Shown here: positions 1 through 8,544 of the stretch, piece by piece
Numbering within the stretch: the stretch's first letter is position 1
Layout: every line of letters starts with the position of its first letter
Virus record (IMG/VR): IMGVR_UViG_3300007960_000057
Coordinates: 1 to 39,079 of that record
Length of the DNA stretch: 39,079 nucleotides
From: a virus
Lineage: Duplodnaviria > Caudoviricetes
Strand: one strand, 5' to 3'
Program-made: the position numbers and the translations under genes
The notes under the pieces: model-generated
What the model was told of the DNA's origin: nothing
The model's input: only the letters and a program-made list of their open reading frames with translations
The model's database searches: none

Positions 1-123
1 TCATTTCCGAAGGTTAAGCTCTCGGCAATTTTCCTCTGCAACTTGGTCACATTGACAACGTGGCTAGAAATATCTTCACACTCGAACTCGGCCAAAGCAT
101 CTTCGACCAGCAGATAGTCGGCA
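1..123. repeat. Terminal direct repeat (circular assembly overlap), identical to 38957-39079
   Basis: Bases 1-123 (tcatttccga...tagtcggca) recur exactly at 38957-39079, and one ORF reads through the junction in frame. Confidence 0.97.
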
Positions 124-2117
124 GACTTCGCCATATCGACCATTGTGTTTTTGGCCTTAGTTCGTGGCGCAACAGTCATTTCTAAAAACTCTTGCGGTAT
201 CTGGTGCGACATCAACCAGTCGAGAAGCTCGCCAGGATGGCTACGCATCGCTTCGTACAGTTTCGGATAGTAGTTGTGGTTTGTAGCCTTCCACGCATTA
301 AGCGCTTCGGCGCTTTGCCACTGTGAGAACAACACGCAATACCGGCGATCATTCTCATCAATTGGTAGCGCATCCTTGAAGTTGGTCAGCGCGAAGTAGT
401 TGGTCGTGTTGACGGCCTCATACGCATCTGTGCGCATTTTGCGAACGCTAACGGTCGGGTTCGTAATGTACGGCTTCAACTTGTTCAGCGTTTCGTATTT
501 GCGATAGTTGTCCAGCTTCAATTCTTCAATAAACACCATGCAACTACCTTCCGCCCACGCTGTGAACTTCTCGTCCAGCGACTCAACGCTAATGGTTCGG
601 CAGTTGGTTGAACCCAACAGCTTTGACATCAACTCGGCAAAAAAGCTCTTGCCATCCCCCTGCACACCTTGAAGGATAATCGCCCACTGAATTTTCTTGC
701 CCGGGTGCTGCACATTGTGCGCCAGATAATTAATCACCAATTGCTGTTCGCTCTCATCTGGCAACAAGTGCGCAATGTGACCTTTGACCATTTCAACAGT
801 TTGCGAACCGTTCCAGTCTTTTCTGCGTAGTGGATTTGGTTTGTACGTGTTAAAATATTTCACGCCGTCATAGGTAAAAAACTCGTCAAACATTGGGGCG
901 TACATTCCCGTGTGTACGCACTCAATTTTATTGTTGACATACGATGTGGCGCTTTGCGGATTGCCGTCTGCATCAGTTGGTGTATCGCGCCCGTGCAGCA
1001 CGTCAAAAGACCGTGGTCCCATAGTGACCTTCGTCGACTTGTCCATATATTCCCCGACCTGAGTCAGAAACACATAGTCGTCATAGAATTCTGCGGTTTG
1101 CTTAGGCTTTGACATTCGGATCAAACGCTTTACCTGCGCTTCACTCAGCTTCTCACCAAGCACAGCATTAAACTGCTTAATCAACAGCTTGACGGCCAGC
1201 GTCGAATCGATTTCGGTCAGCTTGCACTTTGCAATGTCACGAATGACCGATTCAAGCTCATCCTTCGTTTGCGCTGTGCGAATAGCATCCATTGCGCCGA
1301 CAACTTTTTCTTTTTCAACAACCGCAAAGCCGCCTGCCATTTCAATGACGCTTGCAAACGTAACTGGATTGCTTTTCTTGCTACGCGCCAAACTTTCCCA
1401 GCGCTTGCGATTGCGAGCCTTGTCGTAGTTGCTCGGTGACAACTGGCTGAACTCATCAAACAACTGCCAGCCTTCTTCAGAACCCTGTGATTGATGGTAA
1501 ATGGCCATCATCACCTTTAACCAGGTGTCCGAAGATTCGGCTTGCTCTGCGCTGAGCTTGCGAACAAACGAAACGGCATCACTCCACGAAATATCAAGCG
1601 GCTGCGCTGCGATAGCGTCGAGCAGGTAAAACGATTCTGAATCGACCGCCACGCCGCCAACCAACTTATCAAGCGCCACTTGCGGTAATTCAGGCCACAT
1701 CAACACGTCGTGAATAGCGTCAACAACCGAATCGGAAAACGTCAGATTTTCGTAACCTTCGCCCGTTGCAATGTAACCTTTAAAGCTAGCGCGCGTGTCG
1801 AAGTGCTTAACGCCACAAACATTCGTGCCGTTAGTCAAATCAAGCTCAACAGGCACACGAAACACGTAGTGCGTGCCGCCGCTGCGTGTCTTTTGCAACT
1901 CTGCTGCTGGCCAATCGATTTCACAACCTAGCGCCGTTTCAACGTCTGAGGTCGTCACGCCTTTATAGGTGTCCAAATCAAACACAATGACGCCGCGAGG
2001 AACCATGACGCCGACCAGCTTGCTTTTGACACTGCCGCGATAATCGCGCCAGTCGGTATTCTCAGGAACAGCAGGCGCTTTTTTATCCGTCAGTGGAAAA
2101 ATCACCTTATCTTGCAT
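1..2117 (-). CDS. Primase-polymerase/helicase (PrimPol + PriCT-2 + SF3/DUF5906-like helicase), 5' part; continues through the circular junction to 38797 (758 aa total)
   Basis: Missed by the ORF track. My translation from ATG 2117 gives MQDKVIFPLTDKKAPAV...VIVFDLDTYKG (AEP DxD), TRSGGTHY (AEP His motif), WLKVMMAIYH...EGWQLFDEFS (PriCT-2), Walker A ILQGVQGDGKS, Walker B VFIEE and DENDRRY. In frame with the 38797-39051 ORF. Confidence 0.9.
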   Translation of the reverse strand, partial: MQDKVIFPLTDKKAPAVPENTDWRDYRGSVKSKLVGVMVPRGVIVFDLDTYKGVTTSDVETALGCEIDWPAAELQKTRSGGTHYVFRVPVELDLTNGTNVCGVKHFDTRASFKGYIATGEGYENLTFSDSVVDAIHDVLMWPELPQVALDKLVGGVAVDSESFYLLDAIAAQPLDISWSDAVSFVRKLSAEQAESSDTWLKVMMAIYHQSQGSEEGWQLFDEFSQLSPSNYDKARNRKRWESLARSKKSNPVTFASVIEMAGGFAVVEKEKVVGAMDAIRTAQTKDELESVIRDIAKCKLTEIDSTLAVKLLIKQFNAVLGEKLSEAQVKRLIRMSKPKQTAEFYDDYVFLTQVGEYMDKSTKVTMGPRSFDVLHGRDTPTDADGNPQSATSYVNNKIECVHTGMYAPMFDEFFTYDGVKYFNTYKPNPLRRKDWNGSQTVEMVKGHIAHLLPDESEQQLVINYLAHNVQHPGKKIQWAIILQGVQGDGKSFFAELMSKLLGSTNCRTISVESLDEKFTAWAEGSCMVFIEELKLDNYRKYETLNKLKPYITNPTVSVRKMRTDAYEAVNTTNYFALTNFKDALPIDENDRRYCVLFSQWQSAEALNAWKATNHNYYPKLYEAMRSHPGELLDWLMSHQIPQEFLEMTVAPRTKAKNTMVDMAKSADYLLVEDALAEFECEDISSHVVNVTKLQRKIAESLTFGN

Positions 2118-2298
2118 CTTTCGTCACTCCAACTAAATCAACGGCCTTAAACTTGCCGCCTGTTATTTTCTCAATCTCAATGGCTCTGGCTGGCGGTACG
2201 CCATCAACCAGCCATTGCGCAATGGCTGCGGGACTGATGCCTAAACGTCGAGCAAGCGCCGACTGACTTCCAAAGTGTAAAAACAATTCATCTAACAT
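2107..2298 (-). CDS. Cro/YdaS-like HTH transcriptional regulator
   Basis: 63 aa with FGSQSALARRLGISPAAIAQW HTH and VPPARAIEIEKITGG typical of Cro-like proteins; GAGG RBS; overlaps the primase start. Confidence 0.88.
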   Translation of the reverse strand: MLDELFLHFGSQSALARRLGISPAAIAQWLVDGVPPARAIEIEKITGGKFKAVDLVGVTKDAR

Positions 2299-2300
2299 GG

Positions 2301-2329
2301 TTGACCTCGTTTTAAGTTATGCTTAAAAT
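2301..2329 (+). promoter_or_regulatory. sigma70-type promoter for the rightward replication operon
   Basis: TTGACC (2301-2306), 17 nt, TAAAAT (2324-2329). Confidence 0.7.
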
Positions 2330-2346
2330 GTAAGTGTAGCTTAAAA
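2310..2346. promoter_or_regulatory. Two tandem palindromic operators TAAG-N5-CTTA(A) in the divergent control region
   Basis: TTTTAAG-ttatg-CTTAAAA (2310-2328) and TAAG-tgtag-CTTAAAA (2331-2346); a third copy lies at 3860-3876. Confidence 0.65.
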
Positions 2347-2383
2347 CTACAAAGCCAATCAACTTAAAAAGTGAGAAACGAAA

Positions 2384-2719
2384 ATGTCCTTAGAATCCAA
2401 AATTGAGCAGCTTACCGCTGCAATTGAAAAGCTAAACGCAAACATGGTTTTACTGTTGACAACTCCAGTCAATCAAACGGTCGACTTACCACAAGCCGTT
2501 GCGCCTGTCGTGCAAGAAGCTGTGAAAGTCGTTGAGCAGGTCGCAAAGGCTACCGTTAGCGCCGATGACGCGCAAGCGATGTGTTTGCAGTTGAGTCGTA
2601 AAGACCCAGCCAACAAGTCGAAAATCAAAGCGATTTTGTCAGAGTACAAAGCCGCGAAGGTGGCCGACTTATCACCTGAAAATCTACAAGCATTCGTGCA
2701 AAAACTGGAGCAGCTGTAA
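2384..2719 (+). CDS. Hypothetical protein of the type that precedes DUF2800 in phage replication modules
   Basis: N-terminal short coiled coil, Ala/Val/Pro linker and a helical C-terminal domain; TAATG overlap with the next gene. Confidence 0.8.
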   Translation: MSLESKIEQLTAAIEKLNANMVLLLTTPVNQTVDLPQAVAPVVQEAVKVVEQVAKATVSADDAQAMCLQLSRKDPANKSKIKAILSEYKAAKVADLSPENLQAFVQKLEQL

Positions 2720-3855
2720 TGGCTGCTCATGCGCGTTTAAGCGCGTCCGGTTCTGACCGCTGGGCGCGTTGCCCTGGCAGCGTCAGCGCCGAAGAAGGTT
2801 TCCAAGACAAAGGTAGTGAGTTTGCAGCCGAAGGTACAACCGCACACGCATTGGCGGAATACTGCTTAAATAACGGCGTGTCTTGCAAATCATGCGAAGG
2901 CATGACTTTTGAAGGTCGACAAGTCGATTTGGAAATGTGCGAATACGTGCAACAATATGTTGACTACGTTTGTTCGTTCAGTGGCGAACACTTCTACGAA
3001 CAGCGCGTTGATTTCAGTCCGTGGGTGCCAGAAGGTTTTGGGACGTCTGACGCCATTGTAATTGATGCGAAGTCAAAGACATTGCGCGTGATTGACTTGA
3101 AATACGGGAAAGGTGTTCAGGTCGACGCCGAAAACAACTACCAAGCTCAACTGTACGCATTGGGCGCAATCAATGACTTCGGTTCGTTTGCCGACATTGA
3201 GAAGGTATCTATTGCGATTGTGCAGCCTCGACTTGATCACATCAGCGAGTGGGAAATAACTGTCGAGCAATTAAACGAGTTTGCAAGCTACATCAAAGAG
3301 CGCGCAAACATGGCTTGCACTCCAAACGCTGAGCGCGTGCCAGGCGACAAGCAGTGTCAATGGTGCAAGGCTAAAGCAACGTGTCCGGCGCTTTACAACC
3401 TGACGCAAACAACGCTGCTACAATCGTTTGAAGTCATCGACATCGATTCGTTACCAAAGCTAAACCAATTGACCGAATCGCAGTTAAAACTTGCACTGGA
3501 CAATCGCAAGCTGATTGAAAGCTGGTTGTCATCTGTCGAGCAGTACGCAACAGAGCAGATTTTGGACGGCAAGAACATCGGCGGTTACAAGCTGGTTGAA
3601 GGTCGTAGCATCCGTCAATGGATTGATGAGCAGCACGCCGAACAAGTGCTATCTGAGCGCTTTGAAGAATCCGACCTGTACAAAAAGACGTTTGTCAGCG
3701 TTGCACAGGCCGAAAAACTTTTGGGCAAAAAGCAAGCCGACCTGCTGCACGAATTGGTAACAAAGCCACAAGGCAAACCAACGCTTGCGCCAGCATCGGA
3801 CAAGCGCCCACCAATCGGCGCAAATATTTCTGATTTTGATACTTGCAACGATTAA
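2719..3855 (+). CDS. DUF2800-family Cas4-like PD-(D/E)XK exonuclease
   Basis: HARLSASGSDRW..CP, EGT.AH, EQRVD...GFGTSD, DLKYGKG, QLYA, C.WC....CP; sits upstream of an SSB as in APSE-like modules. Confidence 0.88.
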   Translation: MAAHARLSASGSDRWARCPGSVSAEEGFQDKGSEFAAEGTTAHALAEYCLNNGVSCKSCEGMTFEGRQVDLEMCEYVQQYVDYVCSFSGEHFYEQRVDFSPWVPEGFGTSDAIVIDAKSKTLRVIDLKYGKGVQVDAENNYQAQLYALGAINDFGSFADIEKVSIAIVQPRLDHISEWEITVEQLNEFASYIKERANMACTPNAERVPGDKQCQWCKAKATCPALYNLTQTTLLQSFEVIDIDSLPKLNQLTESQLKLALDNRKLIESWLSSVEQYATEQILDGKNIGGYKLVEGRSIRQWIDEQHAEQVLSERFEESDLYKKTFVSVAQAEKLLGKKQADLLHELVTKPQGKPTLAPASDKRPPIGANISDFDTCND

Positions 3856-3876
3856 ACAGTTAAGCTATGCTTAAAA
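3843..3876 (+). promoter_or_regulatory. sigma70-type promoter for SSB with overlapping TTAAG-N5-CTTAA operator
   Basis: TTGCAA (3843-3848), 17 nt, TATGCT (3866-3871); palindrome TTAAG-ctatg-CTTAA at 3860-3874 covers the -10. Confidence 0.65.
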
Positions 3877-3922
3877 CCGTCAGCGATGACAATCAACTTA
3901 AACCAAAATGTGAGAAGCTAAA

Positions 3923-4438
3923 ATGGCTAAAATTAAATTACAAAATGTTCGTCTGTCTTTCCCTTCATTGTTTCAACAAGCTGCTTTTGGCGGTGTTCCA
4001 ACTGGCAAATACGAAGCGACATTCATTCTTGACAAGAAAGAACACGCTGACGTTATCGCACAGATTGAAACTGAAATCGCGCGTATTCAGAAAGACGACA
4101 TCAAGTCAAAAGTCGCATCTGACAAAGTTTGTTTGAAAGATGGCGACGACATGGGTCGCGATGAATACGAAGGTAAAATGACAATCAAGGCGTCTACCAA
4201 AAAACGCCCGTTGGTCATTGACCGTGAAAAGTCACCAATCACCGAAGATGACAACATCGTGTATGCTGGCTGCTACGTGAACGCTATCGTGTCGCTGTGG
4301 GGTCAGAATAACCAGTACGGTAAACGTGTAAACGCACAGCTTGACGGCGTGCAGTTTGTGCGCGATGGTGAGCCGTTCGGCGATGGTGGTATTTCAGCCG
4401 ATGCGTTTGATGCATTTGGCGATGACGACGAATTCTAA
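3923..4438 (+). CDS. DUF2815-family single-stranded DNA-binding protein (T7 gp2.5/Enc34-like)
   Basis: NVRLSFPSLF, LKDGD, VYAGCYVNA, LDGVQFVRDGEPF motifs and an acidic aromatic C-terminal tail (DAFGDDDEF). Confidence 0.9.
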   Translation: MAKIKLQNVRLSFPSLFQQAAFGGVPTGKYEATFILDKKEHADVIAQIETEIARIQKDDIKSKVASDKVCLKDGDDMGRDEYEGKMTIKASTKKRPLVIDREKSPITEDDNIVYAGCYVNAIVSLWGQNNQYGKRVNAQLDGVQFVRDGEPFGDGGISADAFDAFGDDDEF

Positions 4439-4452
4439 AATTTGTTGACCTT

Positions 4453-4478
4453 GCGCCCTTCGGGGCGCTTTTTATTTT
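4453..4478 (+). terminator. Intrinsic terminator between SSB and polymerase
   Basis: GCGCCC-TTCG-GGGCGC (cUUCGg tetraloop) followed by TTTTTATTTT. Confidence 0.85.
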
Positions 4479-4497
4479 CTAACTACGGGCTACTCCC

Positions 4498-6282
4498 ATG
4501 AAAAAACAAATCGTTATAGACTGCGAAGTCTATTCAAATTATCTGCTTTTATCCGCTTTTGAACCCGCTACAAATAAAATTTGGCACTTTGAGAAATTCG
4601 ACGGTCAAGACTTTGACATTAAGTCGGTCAAATCGTTGATGAATACTTGCACCACAATTAGTTTTAACGGCAATTCGTTTGACCTTGGCATTATCTACGC
4701 TGCGCTTTGCGGCTGGTCAAATCTGTCGATTAAAAAGTTGTGCGACGACATTATCAAAAGCAATTTGTCTGCTTGGCAGATTTTTCGCAAGCATGATGTG
4801 CGTATTCCTGACAGTTGGGATCACATCGACATCATCGAAGTTGCGCCAGGTCAAAGCAGCTTGAAGATTTACGGCGCAAGACTGCACGCCCCGACCGTGC
4901 AAGATTTGCCGATTGAGCCGGACGCTAAAATCACAGCAGAACAGCGCAAAGAGTTGCGCGATTATTGCGTAAACGACCTTGAAACAACATGGCTGCTGTA
5001 TAAGTCGCTTGAAAAGCAAATTGATTTGCGTTGCCAAATGTCGGAACAATACGGCGTTGACCTTCGCAGCAAATCGGACGCACAGATTGCCGAAGCGGTG
5101 ATTAAGTCAGAACTGCACAAGATGACTGGTCGCGAATACCGCAAGCCTGATATTGATGACTCAACGGTGTTTCGTTACTTAGATCCAAAAATAATCAGCT
5201 TTCAAACCAAGCAACTGCAAGACATTTTCAAGCTAGTTACAACCATCCCTTTCCGCTTGGCCGACAATGGCTCTGTTAAGATGCCTGATGAGCTTGCAAA
5301 GGCTCAAATCAAAGTGGGCGATACTGAGTACAGCCTTGGCATTGGCGGCTTGCATAGCTGCGAGAAATCGCGCCTAGTTCGCGCCGATGAGAATCATCGA
5401 TTGTTTGACTATGACGTCGCCAGCTACTACCCGAACATCATCTTGCAACAAAACCTTGCACCCAAATCGATGGGCGCGCCATTTCTAAAGGTTTATCAGT
5501 CAATCGTTGACCGACGACTGAAAGCCAAGAAAGAAGGCGACAAAGTGACGGCAAACACTCTCAAGATTTGCGTCAACGGTTCGTTCGGAAAACTTGGCTC
5601 GAAGTGGTCGGCGTTGTACGCGCCCGATTTGATGATACAAACAACAATCACAGGTCAGCTTGCACTACTGATGCTAATCGAATCGATGGAGCTTGCAGGG
5701 GTCGCGGTAGTTAGCGCCAACACTGACGGCATTGTGTTGCGTTGCCCGTTAGACAAAATCAACGACATGGAAAATATCGCGTTTGATTGGATGCTGACAA
5801 CTAGCTATGAGCTTGAACGCGCAGAATACAAGCTGTTGGCTAGCCGCGACGTCAACAACTACGTTGCTGTTAAGACAGACGGCGAGATAAAGCGCAAAGG
5901 CGTGTTTGCCGATGGCGGCTTGGCCAAGAACCCAGATTGTAACATTGCGTTTGATGCGGTTGCGCAGTATCTGGCAAACGGAACACCTATTGAAACGACC
6001 GTGACGCAATGCCAAGACGTGCGCCAATTCTTAACGGTTCGTCGCGTGACGGGTGGCGCTGTTTGGCGTGGTGAGTATTTGGGCAAAGCTGTTCGCTTTT
6101 ACTATAGCCGCGCTGTCGATAAAGACGTTTGCATTGCATACGCCAAGAACAGCAACAAAGTGCCGAAGTCTGACGGCGCAAGACCGATGATGACGCTGAG
6201 CGATACGCTACCGCAAGACGTCGACTATGCGCGATACATTGAAATGGCAAACGAACTATTGAAAGAGGTCGGTCATGCTTGA
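4498..6282 (+). CDS. Family B DNA polymerase with N-terminal 3'-5' exonuclease
   Basis: ExoI IDCE, ExoII FNGNSFD, ExoIII YCVND; polymerase motif A DYDVASYYP, motif B KICVNGSFGK, motif C NTDG. Confidence 0.9.
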   Translation: MKKQIVIDCEVYSNYLLLSAFEPATNKIWHFEKFDGQDFDIKSVKSLMNTCTTISFNGNSFDLGIIYAALCGWSNLSIKKLCDDIIKSNLSAWQIFRKHDVRIPDSWDHIDIIEVAPGQSSLKIYGARLHAPTVQDLPIEPDAKITAEQRKELRDYCVNDLETTWLLYKSLEKQIDLRCQMSEQYGVDLRSKSDAQIAEAVIKSELHKMTGREYRKPDIDDSTVFRYLDPKIISFQTKQLQDIFKLVTTIPFRLADNGSVKMPDELAKAQIKVGDTEYSLGIGGLHSCEKSRLVRADENHRLFDYDVASYYPNIILQQNLAPKSMGAPFLKVYQSIVDRRLKAKKEGDKVTANTLKICVNGSFGKLGSKWSALYAPDLMIQTTITGQLALLMLIESMELAGVAVVSANTDGIVLRCPLDKINDMENIAFDWMLTTSYELERAEYKLLASRDVNNYVAVKTDGEIKRKGVFADGGLAKNPDCNIAFDAVAQYLANGTPIETTVTQCQDVRQFLTVRRVTGGAVWRGEYLGKAVRFYYSRAVDKDVCIAYAKNSNKVPKSDGARPMMTLSDTLPQDVDYARYIEMANELLKEVGHA

Positions 6283-6541
6283 ACGTGATATTGAAAAAGC
6301 GCTAGTCAAGCGCGTTGAGTCTTTAGGAGGCTTGTGTGAAAAGTTCACAAGCCCGAATCGTCGCGGCGTACCTGACCGCATTGTTACATTGCCTGGCGGT
6401 AAAATTATTTTTATTGAGCTAAAAGCGCCAGGTGCGAGACCGACCAAACTGCAACGGCGTGATCACGAACGCCGAATTGCTCTTGGCTGCACGGTGCTGG
6501 TTATTGACAATATCGAGGTGGCAAATGCTTTCACGGGATAA
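6275..6541 (+). CDS. VRR-NUC domain nuclease
   Basis: LERDIE...GVPDRIV...FIELKAPG..PTKLQ motif set; 88 aa; between polymerase and helicase. Confidence 0.9.
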   Translation: MLERDIEKALVKRVESLGGLCEKFTSPNRRGVPDRIVTLPGGKIIFIELKAPGARPTKLQRRDHERRIALGCTVLVIDNIEVANAFTG

Positions 6542-6548
6542 ATAAAAA

Positions 6549-6603
6549 TTGAATTGTTTGCCCTTTGGTATATACTAAACGTTATGTTTAAACCAAAGGG
6601 CAA
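6549..6603 (+). promoter_or_regulatory. Hairpin occluding the HNH RBS, with a promoter-like element inside its 5' arm and loop
   Basis: Perfect 12-bp arms TTGCCCTTTGGT (6558-6569) and ACCAAAGGGCAA (6592-6603), inner TAAAC/GTTTA stem; TTGAAT (6549-6554), 16 nt, TATACT (6571-6576). Confidence 0.65.
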
Positions 6604-6609
6604 TTTACA

Positions 6610-7155
6610 ATGATTCATCCAATCACAGCCGAACAGGCAAAAGAGCTCGTAGAATACAACCCTTCAAACGGGAAAATGTATTGGAAACCCCGCACAGAAA
6701 AGCACATCAACAAACCATGCAGCCTTAAAAGTTGGAATACACGATATTCGGGTAAAGAAATAAAAACAGTTGACGGCAAAGGATATATCCATTGTTTAAT
6801 TTTTGGAAAGTTCTATAGGGCTCATCGTTTGGCATGGCTGATTTCTTACGGTCACTGGCCAGATTTTATAGACCACAAAGACGGTGATAGAGCCAACAAC
6901 AGACTCGAAAATCTGGCAAGCGTCACAATCCAACAAAATCACATGAATCTAAGGTTATCCAGCAAAAACACAAGCGGGGTGACCGGTGTTTATTTCAACA
7001 AGAAAACTTCTAAATGGTGCGCTCAAATGAAATTTAACGGGGAAACGTACCATCTCGGAAGCAGTGAAGATAAAGATGTGGCCATCGCCATGAGAAAGGC
7101 CGAAGAATTGCGGCTTGGGTTTTCAAAAAGACACGGTGAACAAAATGCTAAATAG
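6610..7155 (+). CDS. Free-standing HNH homing endonuclease (HNH_3 + AP2-like DNA-binding domain)
   Basis: YRAHRLAW...IDHKDGDRANNRLENL HNH motif; NTSGVTGV...W.AQ...HLG AP2-like C-terminus; AT-richer than its neighbours. Confidence 0.9.
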   Translation: MIHPITAEQAKELVEYNPSNGKMYWKPRTEKHINKPCSLKSWNTRYSGKEIKTVDGKGYIHCLIFGKFYRAHRLAWLISYGHWPDFIDHKDGDRANNRLENLASVTIQQNHMNLRLSSKNTSGVTGVYFNKKTSKWCAQMKFNGETYHLGSSEDKDVAIAMRKAEELRLGFSKRHGEQNAK

Positions 7156-8479
7156 AGAAAATTTGCATAATTATCAAAGAAAGGCGTCTGATTTTATAAT
7201 CAATAAAAAAAGATGCCAATTGTGGTTGGATTGCGGACTTGGCAAAAGTGTAACGACACTGACCGCAATCACTGATTTGCTTGACAGCTTTTCAGTGAGT
7301 CGCGTCTTGGTCATTGCGCCGCTACGTGTTGCCAACAGCGTTTGGAAGCAAGAGGCACGCAACTGGGCGCATTTAAACCATTTGGTTGTATCTGTCTGCA
7401 CTGGCAGCGAGAAGTCGCGTATGCAAGCGCTACAAGCGCAAGCTGACGTGTATGTGATTAACCGTGAAAACGTGTCGTGGTTGTGCGACCTGTATCAAAA
7501 GCGCTGGCCGTTTGACTGCGTGATTATTGACGAAGCAAGCAGCTTTAAAAGCGCATCGAGTCAACGCTTTAAATCACTTAAACGCATTTTGCCGCAAACG
7601 ACGCACTTGGTCATGTTGACTGGCACACCTTCGCCAAACGGGCTGCTGGACTTGTGGGCGCAAACCTACCTTGTCGATTCTGGAGCCGCGCTTGGTAAAA
7701 CAATGACTACCTACAAACAGCGCTTTTTTGAATCCGATTACATGGGCTATAAGTTTTCGCCGCGAGAAGGTGCGAACGAGAAAATCCAAGCGTTGATCGC
7801 CGACTATACATTGTCGATGAAAGCCGAAGATTATTTGGATATGCCCGACTATGTACCATCGGTTTTATCGGTGCAACTCGACAAAAAAGCGCTTGCTGCG
7901 TATGAGGATTTTGAAAATCAGTTGTTCTTGGAAATGAACGGTCACGACATTGAAGCGCAAAGCGCTGCCGTATTGGCGAACAAGCTACTGCAATTTGCAA
8001 ACGGCGCAATGTATGTTGACGATTTGAAGAATTGGGTTGAGATCCACAATGCCAAACTCGAAGCGCTGGCGGACTTGCTCGAAGATAACCCAAACGAAAA
8101 CTTACTGATTGCCTACAACTACAAAAGCGACTTGGAGCGATTGACGAACAAGTTCCCCGATGCGGTTGTACTGGATAAAAATACAGAAACGATCAACCGC
8201 TGGAACGCCGGACAAATAAAAATGCTGTTGGCGCATCCTGCGAGTGCTGGTCACGGTCTCAACTTGCAGAAAGGCGGTAGCGTCATTGTTTGGTTTGGCT
8301 TGAATTGGTCGCTAGAGCTTTACGAGCAATTCAACTGCCGACTATATCGCCAGGGGCAAACCAAGCCCGTGAGGATAATCCATATCTGCTCAGAATCGAC
8401 TATTGACGCAAGAGTCATTTCGGTTTTGACTGATAAGGCTAAAACACAACGCGATTTGATGTTGGCGCTTAAACGCTAA
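7145..8479 (+). CDS. SNF2-family (SF2) helicase
   Basis: LHNYQ Q-motif, GLGKS Walker A, IIDEAS Walker B, LTGTP, AGHGLNLQ, QFNCRLYRQGQ; ATG at 7145 preferred over the TTG at 7115. Confidence 0.92.
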   Translation: MLNRENLHNYQRKASDFIINKKRCQLWLDCGLGKSVTTLTAITDLLDSFSVSRVLVIAPLRVANSVWKQEARNWAHLNHLVVSVCTGSEKSRMQALQAQADVYVINRENVSWLCDLYQKRWPFDCVIIDEASSFKSASSQRFKSLKRILPQTTHLVMLTGTPSPNGLLDLWAQTYLVDSGAALGKTMTTYKQRFFESDYMGYKFSPREGANEKIQALIADYTLSMKAEDYLDMPDYVPSVLSVQLDKKALAAYEDFENQLFLEMNGHDIEAQSAAVLANKLLQFANGAMYVDDLKNWVEIHNAKLEALADLLEDNPNENLLIAYNYKSDLERLTNKFPDAVVLDKNTETINRWNAGQIKMLLAHPASAGHGLNLQKGGSVIVWFGLNWSLELYEQFNCRLYRQGQTKPVRIIHICSESTIDARVISVLTDKAKTQRDLMLALKR

Positions 8480-8544
8480 CATCACCGACCTACCACCGCA
8501 CGACATACCAGCCGCCATACTGGAGCGGTTCCGGCAAGCGGCGG

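Noticed and set aside
912-1931. Short ORFs in the track (912-1112, 1189-1428, 1217-1459, 1710-1931)
   Set aside because: Shadow ORFs overlapping the primase-helicase gene; the many short antisense ORFs across the late region were dismissed for the same reason.
2107-2383. Lysogeny switch (cro/cI)
   Set aside because: No CI-like repressor, integrase or partition genes are recognisable; the divergent genes are replication genes.
2719-3855. Cas4-like nuclease as evidence of a CRISPR system
   Set aside because: No repeat-spacer array or other cas genes; it is the standard DUF2800 member of a phage replication module.
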